Assembly: GCF_000315625.1 (NCBI RefSeq)
Contig: NW_005434506.1
Location: forward strand, 1 to 64,000
Reading direction: 5' to 3'
Length of the DNA stretch: 64,000 nt
Source of the DNA: Guillardia theta CCMP2712
Lineage: Eukaryota > Protista > Cryptophyta
The position numbers and the translations under genes are program-made. The notes below the pieces were generated by a model. That model searched no databases. It saw only the letters and a list, made by a program, of their open reading frames with translations, and had not been told where the DNA came from. This document shows, in pieces, positions 18,940-34,380 of this stretch (its first letter is position 1; every line of letters starts with the position of its first letter).

Positions 18940-18984
18940 GGGGTCAGGGCAGGGGTCAGGGCAGGGGTCAGGGCAGGGGTCAGG
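18940..18984 (+). repeat. 12-bp G-rich tandem repeat (GGGGTCAGGGCA), about 3.5 copies
   Basis: Read directly from the sequence. Confidence 0.85.
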
Positions 18985-19286
18985 CCTCGGATAACTTGAC
19001 GAGTCGGAGGGCCCGCTCGTCCTGGCACGCCGGGCCGGGCTGCCAGTGAATCAAGTTCTCGGTGCCCGGCGGTGCCTCACTGACCATGACCGTCTCCGAG
19101 GCTCAAGCTCCGACGAGGCTCACGCCTGAGTTCCGCCGGAGAGTCGCTCAGTTCAACCGTTGAACCCGTGCCCCCGGCGCGGCGAGTACTGCCATCATGG
19201 CATTATGGCACCGTGGCACTCGGTTCGACGGTCTGTGGCACCGCAGTCACGGTCACGGTGGAAGGCCCTTGAAGGTATACAAGACT

Positions 19287-20941
19287 TTAATATGAGCTGA
19301 GAGAAATCCTCTGAGCTGGGGTGCTCGCGTCTCGGCGATGAAGGTGCTTGTGACGATCACCGTGAGAGAACTGGAGGGGAGTCGCAGGGGGCGGGGGGCT
19401 GGGAGGGTTCTGAGCGAACATGGAGGGATACTCATGAGCACTGGTCGTGCTGGAGTGTCTCCTACGGTCGTCCTGGTGGGTTGGAGTCCACATGCTCGGG
19501 TAGCTCTTTCTCGTGTTTGCCACCTCCTTCTCTTCCTGAGCCAGTCTGACGCGCAAGCCATGTCAGAAGACCGACAGCGTTCAAGTCAACATGCCTGAGG
19601 CCCTCAGCAGCCTCCGCCAGCTGCTGCTTGAGTGAGCGATAGCGCTCTTCTGCAAGTCTCGTCTTCTCCGTTGCCACATGATACTGCAAGAGGTTAGGCG
19701 AGAAGGAGCTATGAAACTTCACCTTGTACTTGGATCTTCGACTTTCAAGCACTGGAGAGTCTGCAGATACAAGTCAGTTGTACCTTTTGAGTATCTCAGT
19801 GACAACCTGGAACGATCGCGGCATAGTCTCGATCAGCAGCTTGGCTGAAGCTTTTCGCTGCCAATAAGAGATGAGGCGTGAAACAGACGAAGACGAGGAC
19901 ACCTAGCACGTGACCTTGACGCACGATAGTCTTGAGCAGCACAAGAGCTTGTAAAACCTGGAGGAACAAAAGATCAATGCGATCACGTTGAGTGAAATGC
20001 TACAATCTATTTCTTTCTCATCGTATACCCCGCTTTCATCCCTGACCAAACAGCCCCACCCTCACTCCAACACCCGTGAATCCCACCGCATTTCTATCAA
20101 CCACAAAATGCGCTTGCTTCAATGGCAATCTCTAATCCTCGTCCTCGTCCTTGTCCTTATTGGCATCTCTTGTTCCATACCAAAAGTTTCCAGAAAGCTT
20201 GTGACCAGATCGCGGCAGACTCGGACACCAGAGTTTTCATTCCATGACTGAACCCAAACCTCATAAGGGCATGGAGCAGTGCCACAAGGATTCTTACCGG
20301 GTTGGCGTTGATGGCACAAACTTTCTGGCAGCATCGGGAATTCGTTTTGTACAAAAATCGAGGGCTCGCAGATTGCATATGGAGCTCCAAAACAAATGAA
20401 AGTATGCAACTATGGTGGACATATATCTGACAAAGTTGAGATTGAAGGATCTTCTTTCCTTTGGCATCGAAGAGGATTTTGTGCTGTTGGTGATTCTTGC
20501 TTTCCCTGCTTTTGATCTCGGCAAGTAGGAGGTATTCAAGGAATTTCTCGATATCTCTTCCAAATGCTTGCCCCCGTCCTTCATCGACATATTGAAATCG
20601 CTATCCTCAATCTGAGACTTCTGCAGCGACCATGGTCTATCTCGGAGATCAGCCATTTGCGAGATTGGATCAAGAATCCGAGAAAGGTTTCTGTTGTTGC
20701 TTGAACGATAAGCTTCCTGCATGAATTCATCGGCGAACGCTTCCGACTTCTGACTAATTGCAGAATCTGCATGTGTGCTTCTTTTTTGGAATTCTTCATA
20801 CCTTTTGTTCCTGTCTGAGTTCAAGTTCAGTCTCTGACTGCTCGGATGCGAAGGATTGCTTGACTGTGTCGAGAACCTGATTGAGTCAACAAGTGACAGA
20901 AATGACAAGAATATCACGCCGAGTACCCTTCTATTTCCCAT
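19287..20941 (-). CDS. Hypothetical protein with N-terminal signal peptide, multi-exon, coiled coil near the C-terminus (could be two genes)
   Basis: 215-aa ORF starting MGNRRVLGVIFLSFLSLVDS; downstream GT-AG exons YHVATEKTRLAEERYRSLKQQLAEAAE and VRLAQEEKEVANTRK..SSY*. Confidence 0.45.
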
Positions 20942-22223
20942 TTAGGTATTTTTAGTATGTCATAAAGGTACGGATAGACCACTGTGTTGACGAATTTTGT
21001 GTAAGAATTATCTGCGAAAAGGGTCTCAGATCTTGTTGAGTGTCAAAACTATCTACAAAGGCATTAGCCCTCATATGTATCACTGTCAGAGTTGTCACAA
21101 AAGCAATGACTGATTCAACACCTAGTAGAGCCCTAGAGTTGCTAATGAACTTTGATAGATTGCACACGTGGATAGGCATGAGAGAAATGTAAACTATACT
21201 CCTCCAATCAGGAAGGACAGCAATCTCCTCGCAAAGCAAACCCAGATGTCACATCAAGAAATGAAATATAGCTCTGTACATCATCAATGGAGGTGTGTAC
21301 ATCATCAATGGAGGTGTGTACATCATAACCGGTGCATGACCGATATCACCACTTGAAGCATGTTCAACATGGTTTGCGGCACTAAACACACGAGGTTCAA
21401 AAGTTTGAAATGATGCTGATAACCCGCATCCCCGCTCAGATCCACTCTTTGTGATCCGGAATCCGGGCCCGCGCCAGGTAATTTTTAGTCTGACCCGGCG
21501 GGGTGACCGGGCGCCGCGCGGCGACGGTGACCTCCGCGTGACCAGGTGATCTGCTGACCGGAGGGGACGAACTCGCTCCCGGTGTGTAGTAAGTTATGTC
21601 ACTTCGAACCAATTGAGGGAGTGAAGGAGCCAAGATACGTGCCAAGATGATGACTGGCGGCGGGCCAGCACCGCCGGTAATCATGTGACCTTCCCGGGGA
21701 TCGGACCGTGGCACGGGCACGGTGGCTCCGGCGCCGAGTCCCGGCTGAGTCACTGGACTCAGCCAGCCTGGCAGAGTATTGTTAGAAACTGGCTTCAGCC
21801 TGTGCGAGCGCCTGAGGACAATCATGGCATTGGAGCTGCAGTCACGGGAGTGGAGGAGACTCTTTGTTTGATCAGCGCGTCAAATCTACCAACATACCTC
21901 ACACTGTACTGACCTGTACGGACTACCGTCATTGATGCCTTGACTCATGATGATGATAGCCTTCCCCATACTGCCACGGTCTGAGGCACCGCCATTGTCA
22001 CCCAGTGTCAGTGCCGGGATGCCACCTGCCCTGATGAGCAGCTCCCAGTCCGAGGGTCTAGGCAACAAAGCACTGAGGGGATTAAACGTTCCCGTCGTCG
22101 GAGTTAGGATGGACAGTGGTTTATTGGAAGGTGAACGTCGTTTGCTGTCAACCATTCATTTCTACAAGTACGTGTTCAACACATTCATGGTGTGAGTGTG
22201 GTATTAGAATATAATTCTTTATA

Positions 22224-23081
22224 TCAATCAGAAGTCCAGCAACCCGCAAGTGAAATCTGGTCTTCCTGATCGTAAAGGAAATTCGTATTCGCGCCTTCTC
22301 GTGTAGCACTGGGAAAGAAATCTACACCTTCTACATTCAAGGCGTCCTCGATTGTTACCTCACTCAACTGATCGAACCATTGATCCTGCTCTTCGCTATT
22401 CCACGAGAGTTCAGAAAAGCGCGGCTGCTGGCAGCTTGAACCGCTGGTGAATTCCTCGACCACACTAGGCAAGGTATCTGATCCGTGAGGAAGTATGCTA
22501 TGAAAATCGTCTAAACTCGCGCCTGTGACACTTGAGTTTCTGTCTTCCAGCACAGCTTGCGCTGGTGTATTCGTGAGCTCCAACCAGATGGTGTTTTCAT
22601 TTTCTTCAGGCTGAATGTCTCCAGCTCCGTGTTGCTGAGTTCGCACCTCAGCAGATCTGTTTGACTTGGCACTCTGCCCCCACGAGCTGTGCGAGACGAG
22701 CTGCTGGCTGTTGCTTGAGGGATGTCGCATGAGCACCTGCCTTGTCTTCGAATCCTTCGTGTAAGGCCACCGGCCTATGCCCAGCTTGCGACAAGCGATC
22801 TTGAAGCTCGTTAAGGAGACTCCCTGAGCGCCCCACGTCAGTGCGACCAGAGACAGCGACAGAGACAGAGACAGAGAAGATAGAGAAAGAGAGAAAATAA
22901 GAGAGCTTACCAGCATGTTTGCTGCTACGTCTTGCCGGAAACGAAAAAGTTCTTGCAGGACGCCCTGACTGAGGACCACCGGCCTGTCTTTGCGGATGAG
23001 CCCAGTCTTGGTCCGTGTCTCAATAATCACTGAATCTGTGGGAGCCTGGATGCGAGCATGGGTTTGCTTGCCTTGCGCCAT
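22224..23081 (-). CDS. RWP-RK domain transcription factor (one in-frame intron, about 22830-22910)
   Basis: LSQGVLQELFRFRQDVAANML / GVSLTSFKIACRKLGIGRWPYTK, followed by an acidic C-terminal region. The SLSLSL stretch is an intronic (CT)n repeat. Confidence 0.9.
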   Translation of the reverse strand: MAQGKQTHARIQAPTDSVIIETRTKTGLIRKDRPVVLSQGVLQELFRFRQDVAANMLVSSLIFSLSLSSLSLSLSLSLVALTWGAQGVSLTSFKIACRKLGIGRWPYTKDSKTRQVLMRHPSSNSQQLVSHSSWGQSAKSNRSAEVRTQQHGAGDIQPEENENTIWLELTNTPAQAVLEDRNSSVTGASLDDFHSILPHGSDTLPSVVEEFTSGSSCQQPRFSELSWNSEEQDQWFDQLSEVTIEDALNVEGVDFFPSATREGANTNFLYDQEDQISLAGCWTSD

Positions 23082-23820
23082 TGCACCGATGAGAACCCTG
23101 TGATGTTGCCGTGCTCCTGCCGCCGTGCGTGAGAATTTAGCCGAGGAAGCAGGTGTAAGCGTTCCTCCGAGTCTGCTCAGTCGTCACATGATGGCCAACG
23201 TAACGTGACCTGTCGGTCTTAATGTCAGCGTCCTCAGCATTTTATCCGGTGGCACACCGGAGCATCCGACGCCCGTTGCCCTCTTTGTCATCCGGGCACT
23301 CACACCGCAACGGTTCAACGGTTGGGCAGCACGCCGGCAAGCGCCGCGTCACGGCCGCAAACAGTAACCGTGGAAACTTTCAGTTAGCGGAACTGAATGC
23401 GGCTACAACAATGAGGCCCTACACTGTGACAAGGCCACCGTGTGATCAGACCGTTCAGGGGCCGTGCCAGGACACGCCCGCCGGGCACCGCCGCGGCACC
23501 GTGCCACTGCGCGGCGGCCCACTGTTAAGTAAGTTCCGAGAGTCACTAAGTTCAAGTTGAAACTTCCGAAAACTGCCATCGGAAAGCGGGGGCCTTCCGG
23601 TTCCGAGACGGTTCAGAAGTTCACGGTTCATTGTCAGTTCCCGACGCGGCCGCGCGCCGCGCGCGGCGGCCGGGGCCCCTCCGAGGCTCGGCGATCAAGT
23701 TGCTGACTCAGTGAGACTCAGGCCGCTCGCCGCCCGCTCCCGCAGTCCGATCACTCGGCAGTGCGCCGCCGCGTAATCAGTGATACTAGCCTAGCGGCTC
23801 CCCGGACCGCTCCGCCGGTC

Positions 23821-23885
23821 ACTGTCGCACAGGCCAAACGGCGAGAAGAGAAAAGACAGCGAGAACCAAACCTAATCCTGCCGAC
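23821..23885 (+). repeat. Dispersed repeat copy A (inverted relative to copy B at 35801-35879)
   Basis: 33-nt core GGCGAGAAGAGAAAAGACAGCGAGAACCAAACC at 23840-23872 is the exact reverse complement of 35820-35852. Flanks ACTGTCGCACAGGC and TCCTGCCGAC are also shared. Confidence 0.9.
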
Positions 23886-24825
23886 ACAGTGTGATGCCGC
23901 CCCCGGCTTCAACCGTACTCAGGGGTACGCCCCATAGCCGGCCGGGCCCGGGGGCGCGCCGTCACCCGCCGTGACCGTGCCACCGTACGGCACCGTACGG
24001 TGGGGGTGGCCCGGCCGCTACGGCCCGGCACCGTACGGTACCGTCACGTGCCGGGCCGGGCCCGGGCCGCCAAGCCGCTCAGGCGCGCGGCTGGGCCAGT
24101 GACCGAGGCCCTCCGAAGCCAGTAGTGGGCCCGGGGCAGCGGGATCCGACGAGCATTTGCCCCTCCCTTCGCCTTCATGCCTTCCAGCCCTCCATGCTCC
24201 TCGTCCCCTCCTGCCTCCTCTTCCTCTCCTGCCTCCTCTTCCTCTCCTGCCTCCTCTCTCCCTCGCTTACCTCTTCTGGACTTACCTACTTTCTCCTTTT
24301 CTTACTTGTTCTCCCCTACCTCCTCCCTCTCTCGTTCTCCTAGACCCTCTTCTTCTACCTCCTCTGTTTCTCTCTTACCTCTTTCTGGCTCCGTTAGCTG
24401 TTTCTCTCACTCTCTTCACCCCTCCCTCCCTCACGACGCCCCTCCTCTCCTCCTCCTAATCCAGTCTTCAATTTACCCCCGAACTTCGCATGCCCTTCAT
24501 TTGTCATTTGCCGCTCTCTCATTTCATTCCTTCTTCCCCTCCCCTTCCTTTTCCTTCTGCCATTCTCCTTATCCTTTCACTTGCTAAGAGGAATAGTTTT
24601 CCTCCTTTCATACCAGGCTCAGCCACTCCCATAACCGTCCTCATTCTTGGATGCGCAGCTCCAGCCTCGTCCCTTACCTTAACTTCCTCGCCATTCCCCT
24701 CCCTCGTCTCTCCTGCCCTTCACAACCACACCTGCGCCTCATCAATCGCTGATTTTCCTTCCGCTCCTGTTCACGCTCACGACTGTCCTTCTTGCAGGCA
24801 GCTTGCAGCACAAGTGGAATGTCGC

Positions 24826-25593
24826 ATGCTCACAGGTGATAGGGGATATCGGACCCTCTTCCTCCTCCTTCTCCTCCTCTTGGAACAGATGCGGAGAGCT
24901 TCACCCTCTCATGGCTGCCCGAGGGCTGCTCGTGGAAGCACGGGTTTGCTGCTGCGGCTGAGAGGAGGAGAGGAGCAGGACTACGAGGCTGAGCGAGAAG
25001 CCAAGTTGAGGAAGAACGCGGAACTGCTGCGGCAACTCGGGCTGGCGTCCTCGGTTGTAGCGACCGCCGACCCCTCAAGAAAGAAGAGGACGAGGACGAG
25101 GAATGGGCAAGGGAGGAAGGAGCCGGTGACTGAGGGGATGGACGACAGCTTTGTCCGCCGATCGCTCAGGACTCGAGCAGCCGTCACGTACGCCGAGAGC
25201 AGTCAGGCGTCTGAGGACTCCGGGTCTAGCAGCCCGTCTGAGAGCATGTCGGAGGACGAGGAGGACGAGGAGGTACGGTGGGATGACTTGAGGCCTCGAT
25301 CCCGAGGAAGACCGTCGGGTCAGTACGGGAGGTACATGCTGAAACATGGACCGACCCCCACCGGACCCGGCCGCAACTCCTCCTCTTTCGAATGCCCGGA
25401 GTGGGCGCCGGCGGCAGAGGTGAAGGAGCTTTACGAGTTGCTAAAGATGAAGAGAACGAGGATTTCCAAGGCATCGAACGTACGAACTTTCAAGGTGAGA
25501 GAATGAGGCGAATGAAGGACAGAAGGAGGGGGAGCAGGAGGACCAGGAGGACCAGGAGGACCTGAAGCGGGAGGAGCAGGCGCAGGAGCAGGC

Positions 25594-25665
<72 letters not shown>

Positions 25666-27094
25666 ACAGGGGAGTCAAGCGCAGAAGGGCAGGAGGAGGG
25701 GACGGTAGTGAGAGAAAGGTGGAGGAGGATCGAAAATTGCAATGACGAAAATGGACGGAGGGGGGTCGGTGGCGAGAGTTGTGCGGAAACAGAGAAATGA
25801 CGGGAATGAAGGTATCAAAATGCAGGGGAGGAGCAGAGATGAGTTAGGAGCAGGGAGCACTGAGCACCGAAGAGCGAGGAGGAGGAGCAGGGAGCAGGGA
25901 GGAGGAGCAGGTTGGGAAGTTAGGGGGACTGAAGATAACGATGTAGCAGATCGCTCATGATCGCGCGCTCTGGGACATTGCCCTGCACCTGCCAAAGACC
26001 ACAAACGATCTGATCAAGTGAGTGTATGAAGGAGCGAATGAAGAGATGAGGGGAGAAGGCGGCGGGGAGAGGTGGGAGATGGGAGGTGGGGGGAAGGAGG
26101 AGAAGGAGGAGAAGGAGGAGAGGGAGGGGGGAAAGGATGGAAGGAATGAGGGAAGGAAGGAGAAAGAAGGAGGAGGGAATGTTGGAGGAAGATGATGGGC
26201 TGGTGTGTCCGGCGGTTGCAGATGTTGGGGGTTCGGATCTCAGAGGACGAGGAAGTACGGCGAAGAATTCCTGCAGGTCTTGAATGCCTTCAATGCATCA
26301 TGGAAGCCGCCACAGGTAGCGTCTCCTGCCCTCTCTCCTCGCCTCACCCCTCACCCCTCATCACCTTCCTCCCCTCTCCCCTCGTCTCCCTTCTCTCCCC
26401 CTTCTTCTTCTCTCCCTCTTCTTCTCTCCCTTTCTTTCTTTGGCTACTTCTCTTCCTTGCTTGCTCTTGTCCCCGCTCGCTCCGCTGACTTTGCTCCTTG
26501 CTGCAGCCCACTCGTCTTTCCCCAACCTTCCGTATCCCGAGCATACAACGGGTTGCGGTGAGTCATAAGGAGGCAGGAGGCAGGAGGCAGGAGAGAGGAG
26601 GAGGAGGAGGAGGAGGAGGAGGAGGAGGACAAGGAGAAAGAAGAGGGGAGGGTGGGGGGGGGGAGAGAAGGAAGGGGAGGGGGGAAGGGGGCTTATCTGA
26701 CTAGACACCACCACAGGCCCCTCGTTCCTCTTCTGCTTCCACCATTCCGCTCGGCTCTGTCTTCTTCAACGGCACCTGGTACCTCCCCGTCCCCAACAAG
26801 ACGTTGCCCTGGCTGCCCTCCTCCTGCAAGAGTTTCTACGGCAGGTGGTACGTGCCCATGGGAGCTTGCAAAAAAGTCGTTCCCTCCTACCCTCTCGATC
26901 TCTCCCCCTCTCCCCTCTCTGCTCCCGCACAATCCAATCCAAGGAAAGAGCCGGAGAAGGAGAAAGAGGAGCAGGAGGAGCCGGAGAAGGAGAAGGAGGA
27001 GCAGGAGGAGCAGGAGGGGGAGCAGGAGGAGCAGGAGGGGGAGGAGGGGGAGAATGACAGCGAAGGGGCTGAAGTAGAGCAGGAGGTGGGATAA
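24826..27094 (+). CDS. HRDC-domain protein with hydrophobic leader ending in LRLRGG, multi-exon
   Basis: Spliced HRDC: ELYELLKMKRTRISKASNVRTFK / IAHDRALWDIALHLPKTTNDLIK / CWGFGSQRTRKYGEEFLQVL. The N-terminal part has YEAEREAKLRKNAELLRQLGL and basic RKKRTRTR; the C-terminal tail is acidic. Confidence 0.75.
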
Positions 27095-27353
27095 TTGTGG
27101 GAGGTGGACAGGGATGAGGACGAAGAAAACAATCAAGGGAAGGAGGCAGGAGGGAGGGAAACGATAGAGGAGGAGAAGGATTATTCATACGTCAAACAAC
27201 TTTATGTTATCAGAAGGATTGTAAATATGCACTAACGCTCGTAAACCCTCCATCTTCTCTCCTCCCTCCTTATGTCTTTTCCCATTCCCTCTCCATTGTC
27301 CCTTCTTTCCTTCTTCCCATCTTTTCTCTGCTCTGCTCTGCTCTGCTCCCCTC

Positions 27354-30744
<3,391 letters not shown>

Positions 30745-32546
30745 GATCTACAGTCGGAGGGTGAAGACTGCGACAGGTTGACCAAGGAAACAGAGCTGTC
30801 TGTCCTGCTTGTTCGAGACAGCAACTCCTCCTAGCTTACCCCTGCTGACCTACACAAAAATGGTAAGACACAGGTTGCGAATCTCAGCAAGTCGCTGAAA
30901 ACATAAATCCAATATTTCCTTTCCATCAACAGTTCACTCGTGCACAGTCCGAGAAGATCATCTCGATGTTAGCGCCATGCAGAGTAGAAAGAAGGAGTCG
31001 AGAGAAGCTATCTTCACATAATCATGTGTGTGTCCATTCCACTCTTTGAACTGCAACCTCTTAAGGCTGGAACATCCTTTCACACCCGCCTCCAACTTCG
31101 AACTCGGCTTCAATGCTTGCTTTGCCTCTTGTTCGCCCTCACCATCTCTTACTCTTGTCCCAAGGTGCACGTGAAGTTAGTTTACTGTTGTTCTCGCTCT
31201 ATTCATTCCTTGACACTCTTCTCTTCCCGGTCACCTAACTACCTCTCTCCTGCTCCTCGCTCCTCGCTCCTCGCTACCTTCCTTTGCTTTACACCACTGA
31301 CCTCCGATCTTGTCTCTGCTCCTTTCACTATCCCTTCTCCACTCCCTGCACCTCTTCTTTCTCCTGCTCCCCCTGCTCCCCCTGCTCCCCCTCCTCCTGC
31401 TCTGCTTCGCTTGCCCCACCCCATGCCATATTTCCTCGTGGTGTTGCCTGTCCTTTACCCCTACCCCCTCTTGACCAAGGCTTTGCGGGTTAAGATAGGG
31501 GGTTATCAGCATATTTTTCCTCATTACCCCATTGGTTTCCCAGAACACTACCCCATGATTGAGACAGAGACCTCATCCCCTCACTGACAACACAACTTTG
31601 AGTATGTTTTCTAAAATCTCTGGACATATTTGGAATATGATAGAAATATTTCGAATAGCTTTGGTTCCCATACAAATGATGAGACTAAAAATTCTGACGA
31701 CGACCTGTGCACCCCATCCCTTCTACTACCCACCCCGTGGGTGGTTGGTCTCGATTTTAGATTTTCATGAAGGCTTCTATAGGTAACACATTTCATAAAT
31801 GAGTCCCTATCAAATAATCCACTCTCATGGATATTGGACCTAACATGCGATTTAGGGGAGATTGAATGACCCCTGTACCCCTTCATAACCTTTGATGACA
31901 ATACCCCCACCACCGAAATTCATTGTGGACCCGGAGTGTCCGTTGCTTCGCAATGCGTTGAGACAGCGCATACTGTTCCAACATGTTGCCTCGCCTTGCT
32001 GGCTAACATTGAACTTCCGCATCGCTATTATTCGTTCTTGTTCTTGTTCTTCTCGTTTTTGTCATCACCTTTTTCTCATTCCCTTGCCTATGGACCTCGC
32101 CAACCTTAACGTCGGCCGGGCGCATTGTCTTGCACTGTCTTCACCATCTTGAATCCATCGGCATCCGTGAACTTGATAAGATCCGAGCTCATTTTACCTC
32201 ACGTTCTCATCAAGCAGATCTGCGTCGTTCCTCTTTTCTTCTTACCTGACTTGTCTGAAACCCTTTCAAATCATTTTCGCAGGCACAGTCGTAAATCTGA
32301 CATTTTCACAGCGCCCGATAAACTGGTATACCTTATTGGCTAGTTTGTGGCATCATACTAGGTCATCTTAAACTTGTCGTCGTCGAGATGATGTCTTATC
32401 ATCTTTTAGGCAAACAACTCCGCGAACTCATCTTCAACCACACCAACTGTTCTACCGAATCTTGCTTGTGCTTTTCGATTCTGCCACTCGAACTCGAGGA
32501 GCTGACCCGTGCTCCGATAGCTAGGAAGCTCTTTGATCACTATCCA

Positions 32547-33055
32547 ATGGGAGGCTGGTGCGCTTATTTGCAGTCATGTTTTCCTCTGACACTGCTTGCA
32601 GTTGCTCGTCAGGAAAACCTGTCCCGCCAGGAGAGAAGCCGGCGCCAGCCCCAGCCCCTGGAGCAGCTCCAGGAGGAGGAGCACCTGGAGCGACAGTGAA
32701 TGACCTCAAGACAGATCCCAGCACTCTGCCTGTTGCTGACGTGCCGAAGCTCAAAGAGCAGCTTGCGAAGCCTGGCTGCAAGATCGTTGATTTTCGTGCT
32801 ACCATTGAGTTCGAAGTCGCCCCCCTTCTCGCCGGTGCCATTTCCGTCCCTTCCGGCCCTGACACCTGCATCGCCAACGTGCGCAAAGCTGTCGCAGATG
32901 GCATCATCCCGCAGGACAAGGACACGCCCATTATCACTCACTGCAGTCTGGGAAGGAGAGGGTCACTCGCATGCGCAGCCCTCATGGATATGGGCTACAC
33001 CAACGTCATCAACGGCGGAACAATCGAAAACCTCGAGGAGGCCATGGAGGCCTAG
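32547..33055 (+). CDS. Single-domain rhodanese/sulfurtransferase with N-terminal MGGCCS acylation motif
   Basis: Removing the 44-nt intron 32558-32601 gives MGGCCSSGK. Rhodanese motifs: IVDFRATIEF, LAGAISVP, TPIITHCSLGRRG (active-site Cys loop), GYTNVINGG. Confidence 0.9.
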
Positions 33056-34255
33056 AACACCCTCAGGCTGAGCTCAACTCAATGTGGCAGCCGCCGGTAA
33101 TCTCGGCTAAGTGCATACAGGATTGCCAAGGGTCCGATCGAAGTTCAAGATGATTCCCATGGTCACTGTTACGCCAACGGTCTTGCCCACTGCGTTTCAT
33201 CCTATCATACCCTTAATTCGCAGTCTGCTACAGTGATTTCTTCCCGTCACTATGGTTCTCGGAACTCGAAGCGGGAGTCACTGAAGTTGAAGTAATAAAC
33301 TGTTTGAAATTGATGTTGCCGTGAACGATTCTTCACGCCCCTTAGGACTTCGGAGCCCGGATTCGGGCGGCATGTGGAACATGCCCATCGTGGTTGACAC
33401 ACCAGCGGCGGCGCGGCTTGAGCCGCCGCGCAATCATTGGCATTGGCCAATGATCCTGATCCGATCCGACGATGACCGTACCGTACTCAGGCCGCCGCGG
33501 CGCGGCGCCGGGCCGGGCCGCCCGGGCCCAGTCCGATCCGCAGGCCCTGGGCCGAGCGGACTCCGGGAGGCGCCCGGCCCCGGGCCCCGGGTTGACTCAG
33601 GCTGGGACCAGAGAGTACGCCGGTCCGAGCCACCGTTGTCCGATCCGACACTGGCATTCGCCGGCACCGTGTGGCGGCCGCGGCCGGAGTCCGGCCCGGG
33701 CCGCGCGAGTCAAGAGACTCTTCCCGGCCCGCGGCAGCGCCGGGCTAGTCACCGTTCCCACACAGGCTAAGTGACTGCAGTGCCGGGACCGTACTCTGCC
33801 CTGGTGGCTCCGACCGTACGGTCCCTCGGTCACTCAGTGCTCAGCTGCTGCCGCCACAAACCGGCGGACGCTGCAGTGCTCTCACTGCAGAATCAAACGT
33901 TGAATTCTTCGCCGGGAAGGTGATGCGGCACTGGCAGGCCCCTGAAGTGGACACTGGCAGTCAACGAATCATTGCATCGCCGTTCGGACGAAGATCAGAG
34001 TGTTGTCGGAAGTTGAGCGACAAAACTCCGAATCATTACCGTCAGGGGACTGGTTGACGTCTGATTTTGACCTCAGCGTAACTTTCAATCACTGAACTTC
34101 GGAAAACCTGAAGCATGTACGAACTTGCTGATTTGCCCAGTAGAGAGAGGTGCATGCGTTGACAAACGCTAGCAAGGGCTTACTAGGGCTCAGGCTGTTA
34201 TCAAATGTTGGTATAACATCAGACGTTCAGATATCGATGCGGTCAGAGCCTCCGC

Positions 34256-34380
34256 TCAGTTCAATGGGACCATCGAAACATTATCGTAGCTGATGGAAAC
34301 ACCTGTCTTGGGGTCGAGGACAGAGCTGGTGTACTTGTGAGAGTAGGACTCGGTGAAGTTGCTCTCATGAGGTTGAGGCT
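34256..34380 (-). CDS. Possible terminal exon of a small hypothetical gene
   Basis: AG acceptor followed by PQPHESNFTESYSHKYTSSVLDPKTGVSISYDNVSMVPLN*. Upstream exons not resolved. Confidence 0.3.

Noticed and set aside
33321-33833. Pro/Gly/Arg-rich ORFs in this and the other GC islands
   Set aside because: High GC content suppresses stop codons. There are no domains, splice structure or codon bias.
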